Source: an uncultured delta proteobacterium
Lineage (GTDB): Bacteria > Desulfobacterota > Binatia > Binatales > Binataceae
DNA length: 64,000 nt
NCBI GenBank assembly: GCA_963815255.1
Contig: CAWFGH010000012.1
Span: 67,049-131,048 of the forward strand
Direction of reading: 5' to 3'
Shown: positions 36,232-46,087 of the stretch, piece after piece
Layout of the letters: each line of letters opens with the position of its first letter
Numbering within the stretch: position 1 is the stretch's first letter
Program-made: the position numbers and the translations under genes
Notes under the pieces: model-generated
The model's database searches: none
Told to the model about the DNA's origin: nothing
Seen by the model: only the letters and a program-made list of their open reading frames with translations

Positions 36232-37575
36232 TCAGGATTTGTTCCGCATCGTCACGAACTCCTCAGCCGCGGTCGGATGAATTCCGATCGTCGCGTCGAA
36301 TTGCGCCTTGGTGGCGCCGCATCTGAGCGCGATCGCGAGCCCCTGGATGATCTCGCCCGCGTCAGTGCCCACCATGTGGCATCCCACCACCCGATCGGTT
36401 TCGCGATCGACCACCAGTTTCATGAAACTGTGCTCGTCGCGCCCGCTGACCGTATTTTTGAGCGGCCGGAAGCTCGCCTTGTAGACGTCGACTGCGCCAT
36501 AGCGCTCGCGCGCCTCGGCCTCCGTGAAACCCACGGTACCGATACGGGGCTCGCTGAAAACGGCGGTCGGCACATTTTTGTAGTCAGGGGTCTGTGGATT
36601 TCCGTGGAATAGGGTTTCGGCAACCGCCTGGCCCTCGGCGATCGCTACCGGCGTAAGCTGCATGCGGTTGGTGCAATCGCCGACCGCGTATATGTTCGGT
36701 ACCGACGAGCAGGAATAGGCATCCACGACGACCGCGCCCTCGTAATCGAGCTTGACCCCGGCCCGTTCCAGTCCAAGGTTGTGTGTGTTGGGGGTTCTTC
36801 CGGTCGCAAACATGATCAGGTCGGCTTCCAGCGCGCTGCCGTCGTCGAGCGTCGCACGAATGCCGTGCGGGAGCTTTTCGATCCGCGCGACCTGGCGATT
36901 GAAGCGAAGGTCGATTTCCCGCCTGCCCATCTCGGCCGCCACCGCGCGCCGAACGTCTTCGTCGAAGCCGCGCAGGAACAGTTCGCCGCGATGCACCAAG
37001 GACACTTTCGCGCCGAGGCCGTGGAAGATTCCCGCGAATTCGAGTCCGATGTAACCGCCGCCGACGATTATCACGCGGGAGGGAAATTGCGGCAGAAAAA
37101 ACGCCTCGTTCGAGGTGATCGCCAGTTCGCCGCCGGGGATCGATGGCGTCGAGGGCCATCCTCCGGTCGCGACCAGGATGTAGCGGGCGGTATAGCGCTC
37201 GCTTCCGACCACGACCGTGTGCGCGTCGGCGATCGTCGCCCGCGCGCGCACGATGCGCGCTCCATTGTCGGTGAGGACTTTCTCGTAGATGCCGTTGAGA
37301 CGTGCGATCTCGAGGTCTTTGTTGGCGATCAGCGTTTGCCAGTTGAAGCTGCGCTCACCGATCGTCCAGCCGAACCCGGCCGAATCGTCGAACACGTCGC
37401 TGAATTCGGAGGCATAAACGAGAAGCTTTTTCGGGATGCATCCGACGTTGACGCAGGTGCCGCCGAGATAGCGCTCCTCGGCCAGCGCGACCTTGGCGCC
37501 GAATTGCGCCGCCATCCGGCTCGCGCGCACACCGCCCGAGCCGCCGCCGATCGTAAAAAGGTCATAGTCGTACAT
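36232..37575 (-). CDS. gor: glutathione-disulfide reductase (pyridine nucleotide-disulfide oxidoreductase class I)
   Basis: MYDYDLFTIGGGSGGVRASRMAAQFGAKVALAEERYLGGTCVNVGCIPKK with the redox-active CxxxxC; C-terminal ..IGIHPTAAEE.. dimerisation motif. The upstream part of the ORF was discarded. Confidence 0.85.
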   Translation of the reverse strand: MYDYDLFTIGGGSGGVRASRMAAQFGAKVALAEERYLGGTCVNVGCIPKKLLVYASEFSDVFDDSAGFGWTIGERSFNWQTLIANKDLEIARLNGIYEKVLTDNGARIVRARATIADAHTVVVGSERYTARYILVATGGWPSTPSIPGGELAITSNEAFFLPQFPSRVIIVGGGYIGLEFAGIFHGLGAKVSLVHRGELFLRGFDEDVRRAVAAEMGRREIDLRFNRQVARIEKLPHGIRATLDDGSALEADLIMFATGRTPNTHNLGLERAGVKLDYEGAVVVDAYSCSSVPNIYAVGDCTNRMQLTPVAIAEGQAVAETLFHGNPQTPDYKNVPTAVFSEPRIGTVGFTEAEARERYGAVDVYKASFRPLKNTVSGRDEHSFMKLVVDRETDRVVGCHMVGTDAGEIIQGLAIALRCGATKAQFDATIGIHPTAAEEFVTMRNKS

Positions 37576-37637
37576 GGAACTGGGACCTTCCTCCTCGCGC
37601 TCGCGATCGCTTGGGAAGCGGACGCCGCGGTAATCGA

Positions 37638-38711
37638 TCAGACCAACTCGATCGCGAAGGCGGTTTGCGCGACCACCCGCCCGATCACCGCCGCCTCGAG
37701 AATGCCGCCGGCCTGCAACTCGGCGAGCAGCGGCAGCGCCTGCGATTCGGGCAGCGCGATCAACAAGCCGCCCGAGGTCTGCGGATCGAAAAAGATTTCC
37801 GCCATCTCGGACGCGACCTCGTCGGAAATTCTGGCGCGCGCGCCATAAAACTCGCGATTGCGGCGTCCGCCGCCGGGAATCATCCCCTCGCGGCAGCAAT
37901 CCAGCGCACCGGGCAACAGCGGGAGATCGGATTCCTCGATCCGCAGCGTCACGCCGCTGCCGTCGGCCATCTTGCTCGCGTGGCCGGCCAGGCCGAAGCC
38001 GGTGATGTCAGTCGCGGCATGGACCTCGTGACGGAGCATCGCGCGCGCCGCCTCCGCGTTGAGCGTGGTCATCGAACGCACCGCCGCCTCGTAGTGCTCG
38101 ATGGCCAGGTGGTCGCGCTTGAACGCGGTCATCAGGACGCCGGTGCCGAGCGGCTTGGTGAGTAGCAGGGCGTCGCCGACGCGCGCGCCAACATTGCGCA
38201 CGATACGCCGCGGATCGATCACGCCTGTCACCGCCATCCCATATTTCACTTCCTCGTCGGCGACGCTGTGTCCGCCAACGATCACGACGCCGGCCTCGCG
38301 CGCTTTCTCCGCGCCGCCGCGCAGAATTTCTCCGAGCATCTCGCCCGGCAATCCGGTCTGCGGCCAGCACACGATATTGAGCGCGGTCTTCGGCGTTCCG
38401 CCCATCGCGTAAACGTCCGAGAGCGAGTTGGCGGCCGAGATCTGGCCGTAGGTGAACGGGTCGTCGACCACCGGGGTGAAAAAGTCGACCGTGTTGACGA
38501 CGGCGATCTCGTCGGTCAGACGATACACGCCGGCGTCGTCGCCGGTGGTGATACCGACGAGCAGGTCGGGATGGCTTCCCGGGTCGAACCGGCTAAGCGC
38601 GGCTGCGAGGTCCTCCGGACCCAGCTTGCCGGCTCAACCCGCCGCCTTGCAGCGCGCGGTCAGGCGGATAAGCTCGCCGCGCGTCGCATTATTGCTGCGC
38701 TGTTCAGGCAT
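37638..38711 (-). CDS. selD: selenide, water dikinase SelD, selenocysteine-containing (in-frame UGA at 38634-38636)
   Basis: The ORF track shows only 37638..38528 (..VDFFTPVVDDPFTYGQISAANSLSDVYAMGG..). Reading the same frame upstream from ATG 38711 gives MPEQRSNNATRGELIRLTARCKAAG-U-AGKLGPEDLAAALSRFDPGSHPDLLVGITTGDDAGVYRL. The UGA sits where the catalytic Cys/Sec of the glycine-rich SelD loop lies (E. coli GAGCGCK). Confidence 0.85.
38602..38636 (-). promoter_or_regulatory. UGA (Sec) codon plus candidate bacterial SECIS hairpin
   Basis: On the minus strand, UGA is followed by gccggcaa, then GCUGGGUCC-GGA-GGACC-ucg-CAGC (9 bp with a 3-nt bulge). The apical loop lies about 20 nt after the UGA. 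Confidence 0.55.
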
Positions 38712-38748
38712 CGTCGGTTATTTTGGCGCAAGCCCGGCCGCAGCGCCA

Positions 38749-40692
38749 TCACGGGCTCGCGCGCAGGCGGCGGGCGTCGCCGACCCGCGTGGTCACGCCT
38801 GAGTGGTCGAAATAATCCAGCAGCGCGATCGCGAACTTGCGCGACGCGCCCAGCAGGTCGCGAAAGGTCGCGGCGGTTATCTCGGGCGCGGTCTTCAGAT
38901 GGTCGAGCAGGCGCTGGCGCGCGGCCTCCATCGCCTCGCGGCTGAAATAGAGATCGGTCGCGATTTTGACCACCCGGCCCTCGCGCTCGAGCGCACCGAG
39001 CAGCGTGCGCATCCGCGCGAGTTCCGAGGGCGGCAGCTTGAGTTCTTCGGCGAGCTGTTTGAGGTCGGGCGGATGGAACTGCGCGCTCGCGAGCGCCGCG
39101 GCGAGCCGCTCGCCGAGCCGGCCCTCGTCGCCGCCGAGCTTGACCCGATGCGACTTGAGGCGCAGCACGCTTTCCTCGCGCACGAGATCGGATTCGCGCG
39201 CCAGCCTGTCCACCAGCGCACGAAACGCGCGCGCGCTGACCTCGTACGGCAGCCGCTCGCGCAACGCTTCCATCTCGAGCCCCGGCGAGAGCGGCTCGGC
39301 CTGATGATGCGCCGCGAGCGCGGCCATCGCGAAGCGCTTTAGCTCCTCCCATTTGCCCCCGGTGGTGTAGCCCTCTTCGTCGCCGAGCGAGAGCTTGACG
39401 AAGCGGCGATCCTTGAGCGCCTCGTCGGCCTCGCGCGCGGGGGCGTTGAGCAGTTGCGCGACGCGCGCCGCGGTCACAGCGAAGCTCTCCTGCAAATCGA
39501 TCAGCGCTTCGACGGTCGCGGGCGCGAGCGCACCTTCGAGAGCGCCGAGATGTTTGAGGTAAGCCTCCAAGGGCTTCCGCACGCGCCGCCCCAGCGGGTT
39601 GAGCACGACGCCGCCGCCGAGCGTGCGCCGGCTGGTCTCGTCGCGGATGACGAAGCGATCGCCCGCGAGCGCGACCATCGGCTCGTTCAGCACGAGCTGC
39701 ACCAGCGCGCTCTTTTTCGGTGCGATTTCGCCCGGCGCCTCGAGCACGATCGCGCGGCCGATAGTCTCGGCGGTGCCGATGAACAGCCGCACGCGGTCGT
39801 TGTTCTTCAGCGGGCGCTTGGCGGCCGGCCGAATCTCCAGCCGCGCATCGAATCGCGTGGTCGTCAGCTCGAGCCGGTCGTCGGCGACCACGTCGCCGCG
39901 CTTAAGCTCCATCCGCTCGGCGCCGCTTAAGTTGAGCGCGACACGCTGGCATAGCCCCGCGCGCTCGACCGGCTCGGAATGGACCTGGATCGAACGCACC
40001 CGGACCTCGCCGCCCGCGGGCAGCACGCGGAGCTTCTGGCCGATGCGCACCTCGGCGCCCATCGCGGTCCCGGTTACCACGGTGCCGTGGCCCTTGATGG
40101 TGAACGCGCGGTCGAGCGGGAGGCGGAACAGCCCGGTCGCCCGGCGCGCCTCGAAGCCCTCGAGTTGGCGCGCGATCGCTGCGCGCAATTCGTCCAAGCC
40201 CGTGCCGGTTATCGACGAAACCGCGACGATCGGCGCGCCCGCCAGACGCGTGCCGTCGGCCAGCAGTTCGATCTCGTCGCGCACTTCACCAAGGCGCGCG
40301 GCGTCGGCGAGGTCGGCCTTGGTGATGACGAAGATGCCGATCGTGATGCCGAGCAGATGTAGGATGTCCAGATGCTCCTCGCTCTGTGGCATCACCCCGT
40401 CGTCGGCGGCGACGGTGAACAGCACCAGGTCGATTCCGTGCGCGCCGGCCAGCATGTTGCGGATGAAACGCTCGTGGCCGGGGACGTCAACCACGCCCGC
40501 GCGCGTGCCGTCGGGCAAGGTGAAATAGGCGAAGCCCAGGTCGATCGAAATCCCGCGTTCCTTTTCTTCCTTGAGGCGATCGGTGTCCTGCCCGGTGAGC
40601 GCCTTAATCAACGCTGTCTTGCCGTGATCGATATGGCCGGCAGTGCCGATGATGGCATGGGTGACGGCGTGATGGGTGACGGTGGCGGCCAT
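38749..40692 (-). CDS. selB: selenocysteine-specific translation elongation factor SelB
   Basis: [43 protein letters not shown].. GTPase, plus a long winged-helix C-terminal extension. Ends 37 nt upstream of selD. Confidence 0.9.
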   Translation of the reverse strand: MAATVTHHAVTHAIIGTAGHIDHGKTALIKALTGQDTDRLKEEKERGISIDLGFAYFTLPDGTRAGVVDVPGHERFIRNMLAGAHGIDLVLFTVAADDGVMPQSEEHLDILHLLGITIGIFVITKADLADAARLGEVRDEIELLADGTRLAGAPIVAVSSITGTGLDELRAAIARQLEGFEARRATGLFRLPLDRAFTIKGHGTVVTGTAMGAEVRIGQKLRVLPAGGEVRVRSIQVHSEPVERAGLCQRVALNLSGAERMELKRGDVVADDRLELTTTRFDARLEIRPAAKRPLKNNDRVRLFIGTAETIGRAIVLEAPGEIAPKKSALVQLVLNEPMVALAGDRFVIRDETSRRTLGGGVVLNPLGRRVRKPLEAYLKHLGALEGALAPATVEALIDLQESFAVTAARVAQLLNAPAREADEALKDRRFVKLSLGDEEGYTTGGKWEELKRFAMAALAAHHQAEPLSPGLEMEALRERLPYEVSARAFRALVDRLARESDLVREESVLRLKSHRVKLGGDEGRLGERLAAALASAQFHPPDLKQLAEELKLPPSELARMRTLLGALEREGRVVKIATDLYFSREAMEAARQRLLDHLKTAPEITAATFRDLLGASRKFAIALLDYFDHSGVTTRVGDARRLRASP

Positions 40693-40867
40693 GGCGCGAA
40701 GCAGTGATCGAGCTTACTCCGCGCGGCGCCCTCGCAAAAAGAGCGGCGCGTTTGCGCCAAGGGGAACCCGGCTCCCTCCACGCGGGTTAATGCGTAGGCC
40801 GCCGCTCGCTTATATAAATAGGCGCAGGAGTGGCGCGCGCGCAGGCCAGGATCGCGGAGATCAAACC

Positions 40868-41353
40868 ATGAGTGAATCGAATCGAACACCGTACATAAGA
40901 ACCGCGGTGCCCTCGGATGGCGAGGTTATAGTCGCGATGGCGGCCGAGTTGGCGGCCGCGGTGGAAGATCCAACCCCGGACCTCGACGTTGCGCGTTTCG
41001 TGCGCGACGGCTTCGGCCCCGATCGATGGTTCGAATGCCTCGTTGGCGAAATCGATGGTGAGCCGGTCGGCTTCGCACTGATTTGCCGCGGTTTCGAAGC
41101 ACATACCGGAAAACGGCGGCTCTGGCTCGGCGATCTTTACGTGCGGACCGCCGCGAGGCGGAGCGGGGCCGGGCGCGCACTGATGGCGGCGGTAGCAAGC
41201 CGCGCGATCGATCTCGATTGCGAGGCCGTGTACTGGGAACTGTGGCGTCCCAACACGCTCGGGAAGGCGTTCTACGAAGGGCTGGATGCGGAGGAGACCG
41301 GCGACCTGGCGGTGATGCGTCTCGCCGGCGACCGCCTCGCGGCAATGGCGTAG
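40868..41353 (+). CDS. GNAT-family N-acetyltransferase
   Basis: MSESNRTPYIRTAVPSDGEVIVAM.., ..LGDLYVRTAARRSGAGRALMAAV.. (the Q/RxxGxG/A acetyl-CoA motif). ATG at 40868 chosen inside a longer ORF. Confidence 0.75.
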   Translation: MSESNRTPYIRTAVPSDGEVIVAMAAELAAAVEDPTPDLDVARFVRDGFGPDRWFECLVGEIDGEPVGFALICRGFEAHTGKRRLWLGDLYVRTAARRSGAGRALMAAVASRAIDLDCEAVYWELWRPNTLGKAFYEGLDAEETGDLAVMRLAGDRLAAMA

Positions 41354-41711
41354 TCTCGATGAAGCAAGGTGAAACTTGATGAAAGGAAAGAGGAGAATCG
41401 TCGGTCTGGGGAAGCCCAACGGACGGGCCCGGTAGGGGGGAGAGAACCGGGCCCGCCCATCCAAGTGAGCTCAGGAACGTTTCTTACTGAAGCAGGTTCT
41501 GTGCCTTGCCGTCGCTTGGTGAAAGCGCCCAAAAATAGCGGAAATTTGGATTGTCGTTTATACCTCTGGTAATTTTGGGTTGGTAGCTATTACCAGCTCA
41601 TTGTAAAATTTGCAATTCTCCCACTGGAGGAATTGCAAGAAGCGGCGCCCACGCCCTTCGCTCTAAGGGCGGGGCCGCTGGCCCTGTTCCTAGGTCCGCC
41701 GCCCGTCCGCG

Positions 41712-42089
41712 TTACTTGTCTTTGATTTGGTTCATGTATGTCGCCAGATCGAAATAGTCGCGCCAGGCTTTGATCTTGCCCCCGATGATCTCGAACACGC
41801 CCGCCACTGGCACCACCACCGGACGGCCGTTGACGATGAACGAATCGACGCGCTCGTTGAACACCGTCGCGCCCGCCGACGCCGTCGAGAGAATCTTGAA
41901 CTCGATCTTCGTGGTCCCGGGCATGAAGCCGTCGATAGTCTTGCGAATCGCGGCTTTTCCCTTGGCGGCCGCGAGCGGGATGTTGTGGTAGACCGCGTCG
42001 TCGGTGAAGAACTCCATCACCTTGTCGATGTTGAGGGTCTCCCAGGTCTTGCAGAACTCGCTCACCACTCGTTCGTTTTCGTTGGCCAT
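41712..42089 (-). CDS. SnoaL/limonene-1,2-epoxide-hydrolase-like (NTF2 fold) protein
   Basis: MANENERVVSEFCKTWETLNIDKVMEFFTDDAVYHNIP....GGKIKAWRDYFDL is typical of that fold family. AAGGAG precedes ATG 42089. Confidence 0.65.
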   Translation of the reverse strand: MANENERVVSEFCKTWETLNIDKVMEFFTDDAVYHNIPLAAAKGKAAIRKTIDGFMPGTTKIEFKILSTASAGATVFNERVDSFIVNGRPVVVPVAGVFEIIGGKIKAWRDYFDLATYMNQIKDK

Positions 42090-42141
42090 CGTTGGGTCTC
42101 CTTGATTGGATTCTTTTTGGATTGGATTCATCTTCTGAGCT

Positions 42142-42651
42142 TCAGGGCTTGTCCGCTTCCTCATCCAGGTAAAAGCGGTCGTCGTCCTTGTTATAGCCGA
42201 ACAGCTCGGCGAAGCGGCCCCATCCGACTATCGTCGCGAACATCCGCTCCGGCCGCTCATCCGGCAGCAGCATCGCGAGATGTTCGAGTATCACTTCCTT
42301 GGAGAGCGAGTGATCTTCCCGGCCGCGCAGCAGGCGCACGAAGTAGCTGAACAGCGAATGTTTCTGGAGCTGTTCCCGGATGATGCGCTTGCGCGTATTC
42401 ATGTCGGCGGCAAGAAACTCGCGCCCCAGCGGCTCCAGCACCACGTCGCCGGCCGGAGTCGAGACCAGCCCCAGGATTTCCGCCGCCTTCATCACCTTGA
42501 GCAGGTCGGAAAATTTGAAGCTCAGGTCGCGCGCGATCTTGTAGCCGTCTTCGCGCCCACCGCGATCCTCGAGCATCTCGAGCAGGCCGAAGACCCAGGG
42601 AAGCTGGGCGTCGGGAATCGGATGAATCAATGGCGAAGACGGCGAAGCCAT
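42142..42651 (-). CDS. AAA-associated domain protein (accessory domain of NitT/TauT-type ABC ATPases, here a separate ORF)
   Basis: MASPSSPLIHPIPDAQLPWVFGLLEMLEDRGGREDGYKIARDLSFKFSDLLKVMKAAEILGLV... Its start overlaps the ATPase stop (TGATG). The family assignment is from memory of PF09821-like sequences. Confidence 0.55.
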   Translation of the reverse strand: MASPSSPLIHPIPDAQLPWVFGLLEMLEDRGGREDGYKIARDLSFKFSDLLKVMKAAEILGLVSTPAGDVVLEPLGREFLAADMNTRKRIIREQLQKHSLFSYFVRLLRGREDHSLSKEVILEHLAMLLPDERPERMFATIVGWGRFAELFGYNKDDDRFYLDEEADKP

Positions 42652-43409
42652 CAAGCGCGCTCCTCGATCAGCGAGAAGACTCTGTCGGTAAGCTGGTTGA
42701 AGGACTCGCCCCGCCGGTCGCGCGGGCGCTGGAGTTCCACCTTGATGTCGCCCACCAGCCGCCCGGGCCCGGTCGAGAGCACCAGGATGCGGTCGGCGAG
42801 TTCGACTGCCTCCTCGATGATGTGGGTGACCATGATGATGGTCTTGACCGGGCTGTCTGCCGCCTGCCACAAGTCGAGCAACTCCTCGCGCAGCCCAATC
42901 GCGGTCAGTGCGTCGAGCGCCGAGAACGGCTCGTCCATCAGCAGCACCGCCGGCTCGACCGCCAGCGCTCGCGCGAGCCCCACGCGCTGGCGCATCCCGC
43001 CCGAAAGCTCGCGCGGGTAGGCTTCCTCGAAACCGTCGAGGCCGACCTTGTCGATATAATGTGTCACCAGGCGCTCGCGCTCGGCCGGAGCGACGCGGCG
43101 CGCCTCCAGGCCCAGCTCGATGTTGGCCTTCACGCTGAGCCACGGCAGCAGGGCGAAGGACTGAAAGACCATCGCGCACTCGGGATTGATGTCGTCGACC
43201 TGCTGGCCGTTGTAGAGCACCTGACCCGAGGTCGGCGGCACGATGCCGTTGATGATTCTGAGCAGCGTTGACTTGCCGCATCCCGACGGTCCGACGATCG
43301 CGATGAACTCGCCACGCTCGACGCTGAACGATATCTCGTTGAGCACGCGCAGGCTGCCTTTGGCATGCTGGTAGCTCTTTGAGACCTGTTTGAGCTCGAG
43401 CAGGGCCAT
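42651..43409 (-). CDS. ABC transporter ATP-binding protein (NitT/TauT nitrate/sulfonate/bicarbonate-type)
   Basis: Walker A GPSGCGKST, signature LSGGMRQRV, Walker B LLMDEPFSALD, H-loop MVTHI. Confidence 0.9.
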   Translation of the reverse strand: MALLELKQVSKSYQHAKGSLRVLNEISFSVERGEFIAIVGPSGCGKSTLLRIINGIVPPTSGQVLYNGQQVDDINPECAMVFQSFALLPWLSVKANIELGLEARRVAPAERERLVTHYIDKVGLDGFEEAYPRELSGGMRQRVGLARALAVEPAVLLMDEPFSALDALTAIGLREELLDLWQAADSPVKTIIMVTHIIEEAVELADRILVLSTGPGRLVGDIKVELQRPRDRRGESFNQLTDRVFSLIEERA

Positions 43410-43466
43410 GGATCGGATGGGTCGGAATCACACATCGTCGATGCTCAACTGGGTCAGTCGAAAAGA

Positions 43467-45212
43467 TCAGTCGAACCTGTAGCGTTCGGTTGCCAGGTTA
43501 TACAGCCGGCGCCATACGAGCCGGTTAAGGCTTACCACTACCACGACCATCGAGAGCAGGCTAAGCAGGATCATCAGGTTGTTGCCGGTCTCGTAAGTCG
43601 CGGCGTCGAGCAGCGCTCCCAGGCCCAGGACCTTGTAGGTGTGCCCGCGATAGACGAAGTACTCCGACAGGATCAGCGCGTTCCATCCGCCGCCCCACGC
43701 CGTGATGCTCCCGGTGACGATCGAGGGCACCAGTGCCGGCACGTCGAGCTTGCGCCAGGTGGCCCATCGGCTCAGGCGATAGGCGCGCGCGAACTCCTTT
43801 AGCTCCTCGGGAATCTGGTTGACCCCGGCCAGCAGGTTGAACAGCAGGTACCACTGCATCCCGGTAAGGATCAGCAGAATCGAGGCGAGATTCATCCCGC
43901 CGGTGATCCGGATCACGAACACCACGATCACCGGGAAGAGCGCGGTGGCCGGCATCGAGCCGACGATCTCCGCGATCGGAGAGATCCATCGCTTGAAGCG
44001 TGGACTGTTGATTGCGGCGAGCGCGCAGGGCAGCGTCCAACCGAGCGAAATCGCATACGCGACCACCATCCGGATCGTCGAGGCCGCGGTCGCCGCAGGA
44101 ATCTCGCGGACCGCGGGCGGCCACGGCGTGAGCAGGACGTGCAGCAGTGCGTCGAGTCCGCGGATTATCGCGTAGATGAAAAGCGCGGTGAAGGCGACCA
44201 ACGCGGCGGTGCCGGCGAAACGCGCGACACGGGCCAGACGCTCGCTCGCGCGCGTCCCAAGCGGCGGGATGGCGCCGAGCAGGCCTTGCACAGTGACCAC
44301 CAGGGGACGCACGACCAGATGCACCGCGTGATAAACGCTGGGGCCCAGCATCCCTATCGCATGCAACATTCCCAGCGAACGTTCAGCCTCGGCGCCGGAG
44401 GTGAACTCGTAACGGAATTTTTCCGCCCACACCGAGAGCGGCTGCCACACCACCAGGTCCATCGCGACGATTATCAAGAGCAGCGCGAGCAGGCCGAGCG
44501 CCATCTCACTGTTGCGGCCGCGGTTGGCGGCTTCCATCAGAAAGCTGCCGAGGCCCGGCAGCCGGTAGGTCGAGGGTCCGGCCGTGATGATCTCGCAGGC
44601 GATGAGGAAGTACCATCCCGCCACCCACGACAGGATCGAGTTATAGACCAGCTTGGGCACGCACGCGGGGAGCGAGAGCTTGCGAAACCGCAGCCATCCG
44701 CTGGCGCCGAAGGCTTCCAGCGCTTCGCGCGAATCGTCGGGGATGGTCCGGATGGATTCGAACACGCCGAGCGCGAGATTCCACGCCTGGCTGGTGAAGA
44801 TCAGGAATACCGCCGCCATCTCGACGCCGAGACGGCTGCCGTGCGCGAGCGCAACGAAAAAATAGACCGCCGCGGGAAAGAAACCGACCACCGGCACTGA
44901 TTGCGCGATGTCGATCGCCGGGATCATCACGCGCTCCCACAACCGCCCGCGCGCCGCCATCATTCCATAGGCGATCGAGAAGACCAGCGCGAGCACGTAC
45001 GCGACCAGCATCCGGTTGAACGAGCACCACGCGTAGTAAGGCAGATGGCTCGCCGACACGCTCAGCTTCGGCCCGTGCAGCACCGGCACGTAGCTGCGGA
45101 AACCGAAAAATAGCGCGAGCAGGGCCGCCACGATCAGAATCGAGACCGCCCCACCGAAGATTCTCCGCGAATTCGTCGCTTGCTCCATCGCCGGCGCCAA
45201 GCTTTCCAGCAT
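43467..45212 (-). CDS. ABC transporter permease with two fused permease domains
   Basis: Polytopic protein of about 580-610 aa. Two copies of the EAA-like region (..EALEAFGASGWLRFRKLSLPA.. and ..EFARAYRLSRWATWRKLDVPA..). Start uncertain: 45212, 45188 or 45305. Confidence 0.8.
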   Translation of the reverse strand: MLESLAPAMEQATNSRRIFGGAVSILIVAALLALFFGFRSYVPVLHGPKLSVSASHLPYYAWCSFNRMLVAYVLALVFSIAYGMMAARGRLWERVMIPAIDIAQSVPVVGFFPAAVYFFVALAHGSRLGVEMAAVFLIFTSQAWNLALGVFESIRTIPDDSREALEAFGASGWLRFRKLSLPACVPKLVYNSILSWVAGWYFLIACEIITAGPSTYRLPGLGSFLMEAANRGRNSEMALGLLALLLIIVAMDLVVWQPLSVWAEKFRYEFTSGAEAERSLGMLHAIGMLGPSVYHAVHLVVRPLVVTVQGLLGAIPPLGTRASERLARVARFAGTAALVAFTALFIYAIIRGLDALLHVLLTPWPPAVREIPAATAASTIRMVVAYAISLGWTLPCALAAINSPRFKRWISPIAEIVGSMPATALFPVIVVFVIRITGGMNLASILLILTGMQWYLLFNLLAGVNQIPEELKEFARAYRLSRWATWRKLDVPALVPSIVTGSITAWGGGWNALILSEYFVYRGHTYKVLGLGALLDAATYETGNNLMILLSLLSMVVVVVSLNRLVWRRLYNLATERYRFD

Positions 45213-45380
45213 AACGTTCCGGCACGCAGGCTCAAGCGTCAGGTGCGCGATGGTACCTTCGAACTGAGCCTGAAGTCCGTCGCCGCCCGACCAAAGAATC
45301 CGCAAGACTTAACTCCGCAAGACGCTTACGATCGCGGAGTCCGAACAACAGATTCGATCGCAGGAGGGAGCACCACAACG

Positions 45381-46013
45381 ATGAAGCTTTATGTATTTCC
45401 CCCGTCACCCAGGGCGATGAAGGTCATCGCTCTCGCCGAGCATCTCCAGATCGAACACGAGACGCAGTTGGTCGATCTGATTAAAGGCGATCAGATGAAG
45501 CCCGAGTTCACCGCGCTCAACCCCAACCAGCGCATGCCGGTACTCGAAGACGACGGGTTCGTGCTGTGGGAGTCCAACTCGATTCTGCAGTATCTCGCGC
45601 TAAAGAAGCCGGCCGGGGCGGCGCTGTGGCCGTCCGACCCGCGGCGTCAGGCCGACGTAAGCCGATGGATGTTTTGGGAAGCGTGCCACTGGGCGCCCGC
45701 CTGCGGAACTCTGGCTTTCGAGCGGGTGGTCAAGAAATTGCTGGGGCAGGGCGACGCGGACCCAGCCGTGGTCGCCAAAGGCGAGCAGGAATTTCGCCGG
45801 GTAGGCGGAATTCTCAATGGCGCGCTCAAGGGCCGCAAATGGCTTGCCGGCAACGATCTGACGCTCGCCGATTTCGCAGTAGGACCGTTCATGGCGCTCG
45901 CGCAGATCGCGCAATACCCGGTCGCCGGGTTGACCGAGATCGCGCGCTGGTGGGAGGGATTTGCGGCGCTGCCCGGGATGAAGAAGGCGCTCGCGCCGTT
46001 GCAGCAAAGATAA
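45381..46013 (+). CDS. glutathione S-transferase
   Basis: MKLYVFPPSPRAMKVIALAEHL..LNPNQRMPVLEDDGFVLWESNSILQYLA is a classical GST N-terminal domain. The ATG at 45381 follows GGAGGGAG. Confidence 0.85.
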   Translation: MKLYVFPPSPRAMKVIALAEHLQIEHETQLVDLIKGDQMKPEFTALNPNQRMPVLEDDGFVLWESNSILQYLALKKPAGAALWPSDPRRQADVSRWMFWEACHWAPACGTLAFERVVKKLLGQGDADPAVVAKGEQEFRRVGGILNGALKGRKWLAGNDLTLADFAVGPFMALAQIAQYPVAGLTEIARWWEGFAALPGMKKALAPLQQR

Positions 46014-46040
46014 GCGGACGCGCGGCAGTTTGCGGATCGC

Positions 46041-46080
46041 GGGGCCGGACGCGCCGATCGCGCATCCGGCCCTGATTTTC
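46041..46080 (+). terminator. Rho-independent terminator after the GST gene (possibly bidirectional)
   Basis: gggccggacgcgc / gcgcatccggccc 13-bp stem (one mismatch), followed by TGATTTTCT. Confidence 0.6.
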
Positions 46081-46087
46081 TCTCGCG

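Noticed and set aside
42142-43431. 429-aa ORF treated as one gene
   Set aside because: Its N-terminal two-thirds is an out-of-frame shadow of the ABC ATPase gene (42651..43409). Only the C-terminal 169 aa (from ATG 42651) look like a real protein.
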